Shown: positions 17,472-28,390 of the stretch, piece after piece
Position numbering within the stretch: the first letter of the stretch is position 1
Layout: every line of letters starts with the position of its first letter
Source: Fidelibacterota bacterium
GTDB taxonomy: Bacteria; Fidelibacterota; Marinisomatia; Marinisomatales; Marinisomataceae
Assembly (NCBI GenBank): GCA_018672235.1
Contig: JABHGE010000025.1
Span: 1 to 48,202, forward strand
DNA: 48,202 bases
Reading direction: 5' to 3'
The notes under the pieces: generated by a model
Seen by the model: only the letters and a program-made list of their open reading frames with translations
Told to the model about the DNA's origin: nothing
Database searches by the model: none
Program-made: the position numbers and the translations under genes

Positions 17472-18017
17472 ATGAATTATCAACTTGCAACTCTCTTTGG
17501 TTTAGGTAGACTTCCAGGAGGAGGAACATGGGCTTCTTTATTTGTTTTGATAGTAACTATCTTATCTAAAGATCCATCTAATACACTCCTATTCTTGATT
17601 TCTATCACACTTCTTTTTGCACCCGCTATATATAAAAAATCATTACCTTTATTTAGCTCTAAAGATCCCAAGGAATTTGTATTGGATGAAGTCATTGGAA
17701 TGGCTCTCGCTCTTATTGTAGTGTACACGTTTTCTAGTATTTTTGGAGGCTTTATTTTCAATCTTCCTGATTATATAAATAATCAAGAACTCTTATTTTT
17801 TACAACATTTATAGTATTTCGAATTTTTGATATAAGCAAAATAGGTCCTGTTGGTTGGATTGATGACCCAAATACTGCACCAGTATGGTGGAGTAATATT
17901 GATAGTAGTGCTAAGGATTCTGCGTATATAAATGTTATAGGCGACGATATCATGGCAGCGCTATTAGCTGGTATTATTGTTATTTCTATTTTAAGTACTT
18001 CCTTGTGGGTCATATAA
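17472..18017 (+). CDS. pgpA: Phosphatidylglycerophosphatase A
   Basis: GTWAS, DPKEFVLDEVIG, FRIFDISK and DDIMA motifs. Confidence 0.88.
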   Translation: MNYQLATLFGLGRLPGGGTWASLFVLIVTILSKDPSNTLLFLISITLLFAPAIYKKSLPLFSSKDPKEFVLDEVIGMALALIVVYTFSSIFGGFIFNLPDYINNQELLFFTTFIVFRIFDISKIGPVGWIDDPNTAPVWWSNIDSSAKDSAYINVIGDDIMAALLAGIIVISILSTSLWVI

Positions 18018-19300
18018 TGAAGATTGGAATCATAACTATTGGAAATGAATTATTGAGCGGATTTACCATTGATCGTAATTCTGCTTGGATTGGACAAAAG
18101 TTATTAGAGTCTGGTATGAAAGTACACATAAGACAAACTATCCAAGACGATTTAGCTGATATCTACGACACTCTTGAATCGATGTGGGAACACTGGGAAT
18201 GTGACTGCATAATTGTTACCGGAGGTCTCGGTCCAACTGTTGATGATATTACAGTATCTACTTTTCTCGAATATTTTGATGACAAACATGAATTTGATAA
18301 AGAATATTGGAGTATGCTCAAAGAACGTTTTGAAAGGTTAAACTTCAAAATGCCAAACTTAAATAAGAATCAAGCTTACAGATCAAAAAAAGGCAAAATG
18401 ATTGAAAATTTAGTTGGAACAGCCAGAGGGTTGCACTACAAAAAAGGTCATGCTTCTTTTGTTAAAAATGTAAAAACTGTCGTTAAGGGAGGCTCTAAAA
18501 ACACCCATTTTTTTGCATTACCAGGTGTTCCTCAAGAGATGAAGTCAATGTTTATAAATTATGTTCTGCCTTTATTGGAAGGTGAACTAGATAGTAAGAT
18601 GCTTTGTAGGTCAATTAGAACCACAGGTGTACCAGAGTCTATCCTACAAGAAAAAATATCCGACTTGATAGATTTGAATAAAGGAAAGTGTGATATTGCA
18701 TTTTTGCCACATCGTATGCTTGGAGTTGATATTCGATTAACAACTCAAGACAAAGAGCTTCTTGATAATTTACTCAACTCTATTCTTGGAAGGATTGATA
18801 AGTATGTCTATGGTTTTGATTCTGACAAATTAGAGAAGGTTGTTGCAGATCTTTTGATTGAAAAAAATACAACAATTGCTACAGCTGAATCTTGTACAGC
18901 AGGCATGTTAAGTGCTAGGCTTACCGATGTTCCTGGAAGCTCTAAATACTTCAATGGTGGTATTGTTTGTTATAGCAATCAACTAAAAAATGAATTAGTA
19001 GATGTTAAGCAAAAAACCTTAGATAAATATGGGGCTGTCAGCGAAGAAACTGCACATGAATTGGCCGTTAATATTGCTAAGAAATTAAATAGTGAAATAG
19101 GCGTAGGTATAACAGGAATAGCAGGTCCAGATGGTGGAACTGAAGAAAAACCAGTAGGATTGGTATTTGTTGGAATATCTTATAAAAATAATGTATATAT
19201 TAAGAAGTATAATTTAACACCAAACCGTAATATCAATCGCGAATTAACAGTTATTTTATGCTTAAATGAGATAAGAAAAATTTTAGAAAATTCTAAATAA
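18017..19300 (+). CDS. cinA: Competence/damage-inducible protein A (NMN deamidase)
   Basis: [25 protein letters not shown] and [11 protein letters not shown] motifs; ATG 18017 overlaps the pgpA stop (TAATG). Confidence 0.93.
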   Translation: MKIGIITIGNELLSGFTIDRNSAWIGQKLLESGMKVHIRQTIQDDLADIYDTLESMWEHWECDCIIVTGGLGPTVDDITVSTFLEYFDDKHEFDKEYWSMLKERFERLNFKMPNLNKNQAYRSKKGKMIENLVGTARGLHYKKGHASFVKNVKTVVKGGSKNTHFFALPGVPQEMKSMFINYVLPLLEGELDSKMLCRSIRTTGVPESILQEKISDLIDLNKGKCDIAFLPHRMLGVDIRLTTQDKELLDNLLNSILGRIDKYVYGFDSDKLEKVVADLLIEKNTTIATAESCTAGMLSARLTDVPGSSKYFNGGIVCYSNQLKNELVDVKQKTLDKYGAVSEETAHELAVNIAKKLNSEIGVGITGIAGPDGGTEEKPVGLVFVGISYKNNVYIKKYNLTPNRNINRELTVILCLNEIRKILENSK

Positions 19301-19325
19301 AAATAAATTTAAAAAGGGAAGAGTC

Positions 19326-20330
19326 ATGGCAACAAAGAAAGAAACAGAAAATAAAAATAAAGCATTAGAAACGGTACAGCAGGATATTAACAAAGCATAC
19401 GGTGAAGGCTCAATTATGAGATTAGGCGGAACAGCTACATTAGATGTTGAGGCTATTTCTACAGGATGTTTATCACTAGATATGGCTTTAGGTGTTGGTG
19501 GAGTTCCAAAAGGACGAATTGTAGAAGTTTTTGGACCAGAGTCTTCAGGAAAAACAACTCTAGCTTTACATATTATCGCTGAGTGTCAAAAAAATGGAGG
19601 TTCAGCTGCATTTATCGATGCAGAAAATGCTCTAGATCCTATATATGCAGAAAATCTAGGTTGTAAACCAGATGACTTATTGGTTTCTCAGCCAGACTCC
19701 GGAGAGCAAGCGTTAGATATTTTACAAAAATTACTTGAAACAGCTGCATTAGATGTGATTGTTATTGATTCAGTTGCTGCATTAGTCCCTAGAAAAGAAT
19801 TAGAAGGTCAAATTGGAGATGTTACAGTTGGATTGCAGGCTCGCTTAATGTCTGCTGCTCTACGTAAACTATCTGGACCTATTAACAAATCAAGAACATG
19901 TGTTGTGTTTATTAATCAGATTAGAGAAAAAATTGGAGTAATGTTTGGTAGTCCTGAAACTACTCCAGGTGGAAGAGCTTTAAAATTTTATTCATCAGTT
20001 AGATTAGATATTCGTAGAATTGCCGCTATTAAAGAAGGTACAGATATGACTGGAAATAGAACAAGAGTGAAAGTTGTAAAAAATAAAGTAGCTCCACCAT
20101 TCAAAATGACTGAATTTGACATTATGTATGGTAAAGGTATATCATATGCAGGTGACTTGCTTGATCTTGCACTGCAAGGTGGTGTAGTAGAGAAAATGGG
20201 CTCTTGGTTCTCTTATAAAGGTAATAAAATAGCTCAAGGAAGAGAAAAAGTAAAAATACTTCTAGAATCAGATGATAAACTATTGAAAAGCGTACTTTCT
20301 GATGTGAAAGACTATCTAGAGCTAGCTTAA
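19326..20330 (+). CDS. recA: Recombinase A
   Basis: [15 protein letters not shown] and [12 protein letters not shown] motifs. Confidence 0.99.
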   Translation: MATKKETENKNKALETVQQDINKAYGEGSIMRLGGTATLDVEAISTGCLSLDMALGVGGVPKGRIVEVFGPESSGKTTLALHIIAECQKNGGSAAFIDAENALDPIYAENLGCKPDDLLVSQPDSGEQALDILQKLLETAALDVIVIDSVAALVPRKELEGQIGDVTVGLQARLMSAALRKLSGPINKSRTCVVFINQIREKIGVMFGSPETTPGGRALKFYSSVRLDIRRIAAIKEGTDMTGNRTRVKVVKNKVAPPFKMTEFDIMYGKGISYAGDLLDLALQGGVVEKMGSWFSYKGNKIAQGREKVKILLESDDKLLKSVLSDVKDYLELA

Positions 20331-20347
20331 GCTCTAATTAGATACTA

Positions 20348-21529
20348 GTGGTTAAAAGTTTAAATATAGGGGATCAAATCGAAGTTGAGATTGGTCCTAT
20401 TGCTCATGGAGGTCACTTCATATCCCGCCATAATGGTCAAGTTATCTTTGTTCGACATGGCATTACAGGTGAAAAAGCTATTGTAAAGATTACATCTGTA
20501 TCATCAAAATTAGCTCACGGAGATGCCATAGAAATATTAGAAAAATCAGCCAAAAGAATAGAGCCTGCTTGCAAGTATGCTATTCCAGATGGATGTGGAG
20601 GTTGCGACTTCCAACATATTGCTTTATCCGCTCAACAACAAATGAAGTTACATGTCGTAAAAGATCAGTTTTTACGTATCGGAAAAATAGAAGTTGATCC
20701 TGAAATGATTACAGTCGAGCCTAATGATGGCTTACATTGGCGAACTCGTTTTGATTTTGCAGTTTCTGACAATGGTCATGTCGGTTTATATGCCTCAAAA
20801 ACAAAAAAAATTATTGAAATTGATGAATGTCTCATCGGTCTTAAGGAAATTAATACTCCTGAAATATTTAATAAAAAATGGAATGGAGACGATCGCGTTA
20901 GAGTTGCCGTGTCTAGCTCAGGTCAGAAAAATGTATCTAGAGGAAAATTTACTATTTCAGGTCCATCAAAACTTCGAGAAGTAATTGGCGAGAATACTTA
21001 TAATATTTCTTCGCATTCATTCTGGCAAAGTCATATACATGCACCAAAAACATTAACAGACTTATCATTAGATTTTATGGATTTAAAGCCCGGAGACATT
21101 GTTTGTGATTTGTATGGCGGAGTTGGATTGTTTACTATGCCAATTACAGAAAAAATTGGAAATCATGGACATGTTCATTTGATTGAACTAAGTAATCAAG
21201 CTACTAGGGATGCATCAAAAATATTTAAAGGATATAATAATGTTTCGATTCACAAAGGTTCTGTGGATAAAAAATTACGCTATATTCAGGACATAGATGT
21301 TATTTTACTAGATCCGCCTAGGACTGGAGCTGGTAAGGTAGCTATAGACCAAATTTCCTCTAAAAAGCCTAGAACTATCGTTTATATTTCATGTGATCCA
21401 GCATCGCTTGCTAGAGATAGTAGGTTTTTAGAAGATTCTGGATATTCTTTAGATAAGATTACTGCTGTTGATTTATTTCCAATGACACATCATATCGAAT
21501 GTGTTGTGAAGTTTGTACTTAAAAACTAA
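20348..21529 (+). CDS. TRAM-domain RNA m5U methyltransferase (RlmD/TrmA family)
   Basis: TRAM domain, C..GCGGCDFQH, DLYGGVG, LDPPR, YISCDP and DLFPMTHHIE motifs. Confidence 0.9.
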   Translation: MVKSLNIGDQIEVEIGPIAHGGHFISRHNGQVIFVRHGITGEKAIVKITSVSSKLAHGDAIEILEKSAKRIEPACKYAIPDGCGGCDFQHIALSAQQQMKLHVVKDQFLRIGKIEVDPEMITVEPNDGLHWRTRFDFAVSDNGHVGLYASKTKKIIEIDECLIGLKEINTPEIFNKKWNGDDRVRVAVSSSGQKNVSRGKFTISGPSKLREVIGENTYNISSHSFWQSHIHAPKTLTDLSLDFMDLKPGDIVCDLYGGVGLFTMPITEKIGNHGHVHLIELSNQATRDASKIFKGYNNVSIHKGSVDKKLRYIQDIDVILLDPPRTGAGKVAIDQISSKKPRTIVYISCDPASLARDSRFLEDSGYSLDKITAVDLFPMTHHIECVVKFVLKN

Positions 21530-23104
21530 CTAGTACTTTTCAAAATAATCGCTAGATAAATCTTTTAGCTTATTACTTAATAGTATGATAGCAAGTAAGT
21601 TTGGAAAAGTCATAAATGCTAGAGCTGCATCTCCAAATATCCACACTTGTTCTAGAGTTAACATTGATCCTACAAAAACCATAAATACATAACAGTATCT
21701 GTAGATAGAAATTGCGCCAGTTCCAAATAAATATTCTGTAGCTCTTTCTCCATAAAAAGACCAACTAATAGCAGTAGATAAAGCAAATAATACAACAGCC
21801 ACTGTTACTACTTGCGCTCCGATAGAAGGCATTCCAATTCCAAATGCATGGCTTGTTAAAAGAACTCCTGCCTTTAAGTCTGTTATAGAAGGATCAATTC
21901 TTTGGCTGTAAAATTCAGTTAAATGCCATGAATTAGTTACCATTATAACAAGTCCTGTCAATGTACAAATAATGATAGTATCAATATATGGCTCTAATAG
22001 AGCAACAACACCTTCTCTTACAGCATATGGTGTCTTGGCTGTTGAGTGTGCAATGGCAGCAGATCCTTGTCCAGATTCACTTGAGAACAAGCCTCTTTTT
22101 ACACCCATCATCATTGTATTTAAAAATGAAATAAATGCCCCCGCAGCTATTCCAATAGCTGGATCTTTAATAGAAGGAGGGTTGAATGCCATTGTAAAAA
22201 TAGTATTAAAAGACTCTCCAACTCTTTCATAGTTGGTAAGAATAATAAATAATGCACACATAACATAAATTGCTGCCATAATCGGGACCAGATAGCTTGT
22301 TACATTACCAATACGCTTAATACCACCAAGAATGACAGCTCCAACAATAGCAGCGGACGATAAGCCTATTATAACATGCATTAAAGAAATATTTGATTCA
22401 CTACCAAGTAAGGTAATTGAGTTTGTAGTCATGATTGCATTATCAGATCCAGTAATAGTTAATATTTGAGCATATAACTGTTGTGTTAAAGTATTGGATT
22501 GAATTGCATTTCCGGTAAAAAATGAGCAGATAATAGCAAAACAAGCAAAGGTAGCAGCTAGCCATCTCCACTTAGGTCCTAAGCCATTTTCAATAGTATA
22601 CATAGGTCCACCAGCAGTATTTCCAAGAGAATCAGTTTCTCTGTATTCTAATGCAAGTGTACATTCAGCATATTTTAGTGCTGTTCCAAAAAAAGCAGTA
22701 ATCCACATCCAAAATAATGCTCCTGGACCACCATAATAAATAGCAATAGCAACTCCTGCAATATTTCCGATACCGACTGTTGCTGCCAATGCAGTTGAGA
22801 GTGCTTTGAAGTGATTTAAATCACCTTCATCATCAACGTGATCATAATCTCCTCGCGTTACTCGAATTCCATGCAGGATTCTTCTTAATTGAGGAAAACC
22901 TAATTTAAATGTCATGTAAATACCCGTTCCAAGTAATGCAACGACCATAAATGGGATGCTGCTTATAGGGTAATCTGCTTTAAAACTGTCTGAGAATAAA
23001 TTTCCAGGAAAAGACCAAGCTGAATCATAAAAATGAACTCCTTGAGTTACAAGTACTATACCTATAATACTAAATATGATTGCTGAAAGTCTAATTTTTG
23101 ACAT
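21530..23104 (-). CDS. Sodium:alanine/glycine symporter (AGCS family)
   Basis: ATVGIGNIAGVA, GGPGALFWMW, GGPMY and RGLFSSESGQGS motifs. Confidence 0.95.
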   Translation of the reverse strand: MSKIRLSAIIFSIIGIVLVTQGVHFYDSAWSFPGNLFSDSFKADYPISSIPFMVVALLGTGIYMTFKLGFPQLRRILHGIRVTRGDYDHVDDEGDLNHFKALSTALAATVGIGNIAGVAIAIYYGGPGALFWMWITAFFGTALKYAECTLALEYRETDSLGNTAGGPMYTIENGLGPKWRWLAATFACFAIICSFFTGNAIQSNTLTQQLYAQILTITGSDNAIMTTNSITLLGSESNISLMHVIIGLSSAAIVGAVILGGIKRIGNVTSYLVPIMAAIYVMCALFIILTNYERVGESFNTIFTMAFNPPSIKDPAIGIAAGAFISFLNTMMMGVKRGLFSSESGQGSAAIAHSTAKTPYAVREGVVALLEPYIDTIIICTLTGLVIMVTNSWHLTEFYSQRIDPSITDLKAGVLLTSHAFGIGMPSIGAQVVTVAVVLFALSTAISWSFYGERATEYLFGTGAISIYRYCYVFMVFVGSMLTLEQVWIFGDAALAFMTFPNLLAIILLSNKLKDLSSDYFEKY

Positions 23105-23165
23105 GCATGCATATTAAAAATTTTTTTTAAAAGTAAACATGAATTTTATTATTAATTTACTTTTC

Positions 23166-23720
23166 ATGTTAATTGCAGGAGTAGATGAAGTAGGTAGAGG
23201 TGCGCTAGCTGGTCCAGTAGTAGCAGCAGCAGTCATATTAGACAATGATATAGACGGTTTAAACGACTCTAAGAAATTAACAGAAAAAAAGCGTAATACT
23301 CTTTTTCAAATTATTAATGATACGGCATTATCTGTTGCTGTAGGTATTAAATGGAACGACTATATAGATAATGTTAATATAAAAGTTGCATCAGAGCATG
23401 CAATGATTGATGCGATTAATAGCTTGATTCTTCAACCAGATAAGGTTATGGTAGATGGATTCCCTTTAGATATAGCAATTCAAAATGAAGGTATCATAAA
23501 AGGAGATCAAAAAATTAGATCAATTATGGCAGCTTCTATTGTAGCAAAAGTTACTAGAGATGAAATTATGCGTTCATTTCACTATATTTATCCTATGTAT
23601 GGTTTTAATAAAAACAAAGGATATGGCACTAAACAACATTATGATGCTCTCAAAGAGCATTCTTATGTATCAATTCATAGGGAAACATTTAAGCCTATAT
23701 CTAGTATGATAAATAGATGA
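23166..23720 (+). CDS. rnhB: Ribonuclease HII
   Basis: GVDEVGRGALAGP, DSKKL and AASIVAKVTRD motifs; ATG 23166 preferred over 23139. Confidence 0.96.
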   Translation: MLIAGVDEVGRGALAGPVVAAAVILDNDIDGLNDSKKLTEKKRNTLFQIINDTALSVAVGIKWNDYIDNVNIKVASEHAMIDAINSLILQPDKVMVDGFPLDIAIQNEGIIKGDQKIRSIMAASIVAKVTRDEIMRSFHYIYPMYGFNKNKGYGTKQHYDALKEHSYVSIHRETFKPISSMINR

Positions 23721-24715
23721 ATAAATTTATATCAGAGATAAAATCGCTATTAGCACTTATTCTAATTGTACTATTTCTTAAGGAAACGGTCGTTGAGCTT
23801 TACATAGTTCCAACTACTAGCATGGAAAGAAATATATTAAAAGGAGATATGTTAGTAGGAAGTCGTTTTGCTTATGGTATGAAGTTGCCACAAAAGATTT
23901 GGGTACCATTTACAGCCATTAGTATTCCAACTTTTTTACCCGATTATAGATTTCCCGCATTTAAGAATATCGAAAGAGGAGACGTCGTTGTTTTTGAATA
24001 CCCAAGAGATATTGTTTATAAGTATGTAAAGCGATGCATAGGTATTGCCGGCGATACAATTAGGATAGAAGATAGAAAAGTTTATGTTAATGATGTTATA
24101 ATGGAACTTCCTAAGGGAGGTCAATTTCTTTCAAATTCTTATTCAGAGAAAAACACCATAGAAAAAGATATTTTTTTAGGATCTAAGGGCGATAATTCTG
24201 GCTTTAGTGGAAACAAAGATCAATATCCTGAGATTGCTGTTCCTAAAAAGGGAGACACTTTCTTATTAGATCAATCTATGGATTGGCAATTGGTTATACC
24301 TATTCTATTATATGAGGGCAATAAGGTAGAGTTGATTTATAAAGAAACGAGATTTACTTTCACAAATAAAAGTCCTAGAGATATTTTTAGAAGAACAGGT
24401 GATAGGACTATTTTTAAAGATTATGTTCCTACGGAAGGAGCAACATTGATTAATCCATGGTCTCCTATGTTTAAGAAAGAGTATATCCAACATCTTTATA
24501 TAAATGGAAAATCAATTAACGATATAGATTCATATAAAGTTCAACAAGACTATTTTTGGATGATGGGAGATAATAGAGATAATAGTGAGGATTCTAGATA
24601 TTGGGGATTTGTACCGGAAAGTCACATACTAGGTCAGCCAATTATCACATGGTTCTCAATTAATCTTGATAATTATATCCCAAGAATTTCACGTATTGGA
24701 AAAATTCCTAATTAG
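23717..24715 (+). CDS. lepB: Signal peptidase I
   Basis: PTTSME, YVKRCIG and MMGDNRDNSEDSRYWG motifs, with a long insertion. Confidence 0.95.
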   Translation: MNKFISEIKSLLALILIVLFLKETVVELYIVPTTSMERNILKGDMLVGSRFAYGMKLPQKIWVPFTAISIPTFLPDYRFPAFKNIERGDVVVFEYPRDIVYKYVKRCIGIAGDTIRIEDRKVYVNDVIMELPKGGQFLSNSYSEKNTIEKDIFLGSKGDNSGFSGNKDQYPEIAVPKKGDTFLLDQSMDWQLVIPILLYEGNKVELIYKETRFTFTNKSPRDIFRRTGDRTIFKDYVPTEGATLINPWSPMFKKEYIQHLYINGKSINDIDSYKVQQDYFWMMGDNRDNSEDSRYWGFVPESHILGQPIITWFSINLDNYIPRISRIGKIPN

Positions 24716-24790
24716 AAAAAAAAAGTTTTCATATTGGGTTTTCATTGATTAGTTTCGGTGGACTTAAAAAAAACAACTGAGGTATTATAA

Positions 24791-25288
24791 ATGTTAACTA
24801 GTACAGAAAAGATTCTTAGCGTTGTAGCTTTAGCCCTTACCGTAGCGGTAGGTTTTTCATTATTACAATATAATTCTACAATGGATGAAATGACTCAATT
24901 AAGACAAGAGCAAGTTGAGCATGTAGACATGGTAAATCAAGAATTTAAACAGAGAGTAAAAGCTGTTGAGCTTGAAAATATTGGCCAAGGAAAAGAAATT
25001 AAAAGAGGTCAAGATAGAATTACTGCTAACACAAAACTAATTTATACCAAAGCTGATTCTCTTGGTAGCTTAATTGATGATTTAGCTTATGAAATCAAAA
25101 GAGTTGATCGTGACTTAACTAAGAAAATCAATAATGTTCAACGTGACCTAGAAGGATTAGAAGATAATTTTGATTCTGAAAAACGTAGAACAAGAAGAGA
25201 TCTTTCAGATATTAAGAAACAACTTAAAAAATTAGATGCAGCAGTATTTCCACCAGAAGAAGAAGGTGAAGGCGATAAAAAGAAATAG
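24791..25288 (+). CDS. Membrane-anchored coiled-coil protein, function unknown
   Basis: N-terminal TM, heptad-rich body, SD GAGG. Confidence 0.8.
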   Translation: MLTSTEKILSVVALALTVAVGFSLLQYNSTMDEMTQLRQEQVEHVDMVNQEFKQRVKAVELENIGQGKEIKRGQDRITANTKLIYTKADSLGSLIDDLAYEIKRVDRDLTKKINNVQRDLEGLEDNFDSEKRRTRRDLSDIKKQLKKLDAAVFPPEEEGEGDKKK

Positions 25289-25308
25289 CATATAATTTGA
25301 TTATTATT

Positions 25309-25339
25309 AAAAAAAGGGCTTTTTATAAGCCCTTTTTTT
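25309..25339. terminator. Bidirectional intrinsic terminator
   Basis: AAAAAAAGGGCTT...AAGCCCTTTTTTT between a CDS and the convergent tRNA-Leu. Confidence 0.88.
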
Positions 25340-25340
25340 G

Positions 25341-25424
25341 TACCGAGAGTCGGGCTCGAACCGACACGAGGAAACCCTCACCGGATTTTGAATCCGGCGC
25401 GTCTACCAATTCCGCCATCCCGGC
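25341..25424 (-). tRNA. tRNA-Leu(CAA)
   Basis: Reverse complement GCCGGGATGGCGGAATTGGTAGACGCG-CCGGA-TTCAAAA-TCCGG...GTTCGAGCCCGACTCTCGGTA. Confidence 0.97.
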
Positions 25425-25495
25425 AAAAATGTTGACAAATTTCACGTAAATTATGTAGCTTGTCAATAGTAGAGTATTTAACCAAGGAGAAAAAA

Positions 25496-27367
25496 GTGTC
25501 ATTTAAAACCGTACCGGGAATGTTTCAATCTTTAGTGAATGAAAGACCAAATCTTAAAACCTTCTTTACAAAAGGTGAAAATGGATGGGAAGGCATTGAG
25601 CTAACAGATCTACAAAAGCTAGTGGAAGACTTTGCAAATGGGTTAAAAAATTTAGGTATCAATGATCATGATAAAGTGGCAATTATTGGCGCTAATTCTC
25701 GTCAATGGGCTATTTCAGATTATGCAATTGCACATATTAGAGCGATTTCTGTTCCAGTCTATCCAACACTTATTCCTGCTCAGTCTCGATATGTTGTAGA
25801 TCATTCAGAGAGTACGGTTGCTATTGTGCAAGACGGTATTCAACTCGATAAGGTTTATCCTCTAGTAAATGATGCAAATTCAAATTTAAAAACTATTATA
25901 GTTATGGACGATAGTTATGATAGTGATAAAGAGAACGTGATTAAGTTTTCTGAAGTTTTTAACATGAAAGATGAAGTTCACGATATTCACGAACTCTCCA
26001 AAACAGTTGAAGAGGATGATCTATTAACACTTATTTATACTAGTGGTACTACCGGAAATCCTAAAGGTGTTATGTTAAGTCATTCAAATATTTGCAATAA
26101 TCTTCTTTCTATAGATGGCATTATTAAAGCAGCAATGGAACTAAATCCTGAATTAAAGCCAGAAGATGGTATAGAAAGATTTGTTTCTTTCTTACCAATA
26201 AGTCACAGTTTTGAAAGAGTAGGTGGTCATTATTCAATTTTTAGCCAAGGAACTTCTATATACTATGCTGAAATGAATTTTACTCCTGAAATATTATTTG
26301 AAAATATAAGAGAAGTCCAACCGACTTTTTTAACAGCCGTTCCAAGAATTTTTGAAAAAATACATGCAAAAATAATGGATACTGTTTCAGAGATGACTGG
26401 AGTTAAAAAATCATTAGCTGAGTGGTCTATTGCTGTTGGAATGCAGACAGTCCCATATCGTCAGGCAAGTAAAAAACTTCCATTTATGTTGGGCTTAAAA
26501 TACAATATCGCTGATAAATTGGTATTAAACAAATTTAGAGCAGCATTAGGTGGAAAGGTCAGAGCTTGTTCATCTGGAGGTTCTGCACTATCCAAAGAAG
26601 TTGGATCTTTTTTCTGTGGAATTGGAATTTCAATTATTGAGGGTTATGGTTTAACCGAAACCAGTCCAGTGATGACAATCGGACATCCTGACTTCTTCAA
26701 GTTTGGTACAGTGGGTAAAGCTATTCCTGGTGTTGAAGTAAAAATTGCTGAGGATGGAGAGATCTTATGCAAAGGTCATTGTGTAATGCAAGGATATTAC
26801 AAGAATGAAGAAGCTACTAATGAAGCAATTGTTGACGGATGGTTCCATTCTGGAGATATCGGTAAATTTGACGAAGACGGTCTTTTACGTATTACTGATA
26901 GAAAGAAAAGCTTAATTGTTACATCTGGTGGTAAAAATGTTGCACCTCAACCTATGGAAGTGTCACTCACATCCAGTAAATACATTGAACAATGTAATGT
27001 TGTAGGCGATGATAGAAACTTTATTACAGCTCTTATTGTTCCAAACAAAGAAAACTTAATGTCTTGGGCAGAGAGTAAAGGTTTAGCATCTTTAGATTAC
27101 AAAAGTTTATGTGCTCATCCTGATGCTTATGATATGATTGATGTAATCGTTAAAGATGTAATGACAAATTTCTCTAGATATGAATCTATCCGTAAGTTTG
27201 TTCTTATACATGAAGAATGGACAGTCGATGCAGGAGAATTAACACCAAAGATGTCTATAAAGCGTAAAGTGGTTACAACAAAGCATAAAGAAGAGATTGA
27301 TGATATGTATGATGCTAAAAAGGCACTAATAAAGTCATCTGACGGCATCGATCATTTAGGCGGATAG
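25496..27367 (+). CDS. Long-chain fatty acid--CoA ligase
   Basis: IYTSGTTGNPKG, EGYGLTET and HSGDIG..TDRKK motifs; GTG 25496 follows SD AAGGAG (track start 25460). Confidence 0.93.
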   Translation: MSFKTVPGMFQSLVNERPNLKTFFTKGENGWEGIELTDLQKLVEDFANGLKNLGINDHDKVAIIGANSRQWAISDYAIAHIRAISVPVYPTLIPAQSRYVVDHSESTVAIVQDGIQLDKVYPLVNDANSNLKTIIVMDDSYDSDKENVIKFSEVFNMKDEVHDIHELSKTVEEDDLLTLIYTSGTTGNPKGVMLSHSNICNNLLSIDGIIKAAMELNPELKPEDGIERFVSFLPISHSFERVGGHYSIFSQGTSIYYAEMNFTPEILFENIREVQPTFLTAVPRIFEKIHAKIMDTVSEMTGVKKSLAEWSIAVGMQTVPYRQASKKLPFMLGLKYNIADKLVLNKFRAALGGKVRACSSGGSALSKEVGSFFCGIGISIIEGYGLTETSPVMTIGHPDFFKFGTVGKAIPGVEVKIAEDGEILCKGHCVMQGYYKNEEATNEAIVDGWFHSGDIGKFDEDGLLRITDRKKSLIVTSGGKNVAPQPMEVSLTSSKYIEQCNVVGDDRNFITALIVPNKENLMSWAESKGLASLDYKSLCAHPDAYDMIDVIVKDVMTNFSRYESIRKFVLIHEEWTVDAGELTPKMSIKRKVVTTKHKEEIDDMYDAKKALIKSSDGIDHLGG

Positions 27368-27374
27368 TCGTCTT

Positions 27375-28295
27375 TTGCTGAATCGGTTTTTTATATCTTT
27401 TATTGTTCTATCGATTTTTCTCATCGGTTGGGTATTACCTAAAAATGATAACCCTTATATTGTTGTATTAGGTATTGCTCAAGATGGTGGCGCTCCTCAT
27501 GCTGCATGTACAAAAGAATGTTGTGCTAATAAATGGAACAACACTCGATTACATAATAAAGTATCCAGTTTAGGTATTGTTGATCCACTAACTAATGAAG
27601 TATGGATGATTGATGCTACGCCAGACTTTTCTTTACAGTTAAATATATTAACGATGGATCAAGAAAGGGTGTTTAAGGGCATTTTTCTAACCCATGCTCA
27701 TATAGGTCACTATACGGGATTAATGCATCTAGGACATGAAGTTATGGGCGCAAAACAGATTCCAGTGTATGCTATGCCAAAAATGAAAAGATTTTTGATT
27801 GAAAACGGTCCTTGGAGTCAGCTTGTCAATTTAAATAATATTGATATTAAGGGTCTTAAAAATAATACTAGTATTGAGTTAAATGATAATTTGAGTATTA
27901 CGCCATTTATCGTTCCTCATCGTGATGAATTTTCTGAAACAGTTGGATATAAAATTAATGGTCCAAATAAATCATTAATATTTATTCCAGATATAGACAA
28001 GTGGGAAAAATGGAGTCAAAATATTAAAGCGGTAGTAGAGGAGAATGATTTTAGTCTTCTAGATGGAACATTTTATGATATTAATGAACTACCAGGAAGA
28101 GATATGTCAAAAATTCCTCATCCATTTATTGTTGAATCTATTGAAGTATTAGATGGTGTTAGCAATAAATCTGGAGTGCATTTCATTCACTTAAATCATA
28201 CAAATCCAGCATTAAATAGATATTCAAATGCTATAAAAAAAATAAAGAATAGCGGCTTCAATGTCGCTAAAAGAAATCAAAAATTTCATCTGTAA
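27375..28295 (+). CDS. MBL-fold metallo-hydrolase (PqqB-like)
   Basis: LGIAQDGG, IDATPD, THAHIGH and HLNHTN motifs; no other pqq genes nearby. Confidence 0.85.
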   Translation: MLNRFFISFIVLSIFLIGWVLPKNDNPYIVVLGIAQDGGAPHAACTKECCANKWNNTRLHNKVSSLGIVDPLTNEVWMIDATPDFSLQLNILTMDQERVFKGIFLTHAHIGHYTGLMHLGHEVMGAKQIPVYAMPKMKRFLIENGPWSQLVNLNNIDIKGLKNNTSIELNDNLSITPFIVPHRDEFSETVGYKINGPNKSLIFIPDIDKWEKWSQNIKAVVEENDFSLLDGTFYDINELPGRDMSKIPHPFIVESIEVLDGVSNKSGVHFIHLNHTNPALNRYSNAIKKIKNSGFNVAKRNQKFHL

Positions 28296-28313
28296 AACAA
28301 GGTATTTTTTCGT

Positions 28314-28341
28314 GCAACTTTTACCTAAAATAAATGTCTAA
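28314..28341 (+). promoter_or_regulatory. Putative ECF-sigma (sigmaE-like) promoter
   Basis: GCAACTT-N16-TCTAA upstream of an outer-membrane protein gene. Confidence 0.4.
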
Positions 28342-28390
28342 ATAATGGTTCTGTATTATTAATATATTCACTATTATTAGGGGTATTGTT

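Noticed and set aside
27375..28295. PQQ biosynthesis locus
   Set aside because: The PqqB-like fold stands alone; no pqqA/C/D/E nearby.
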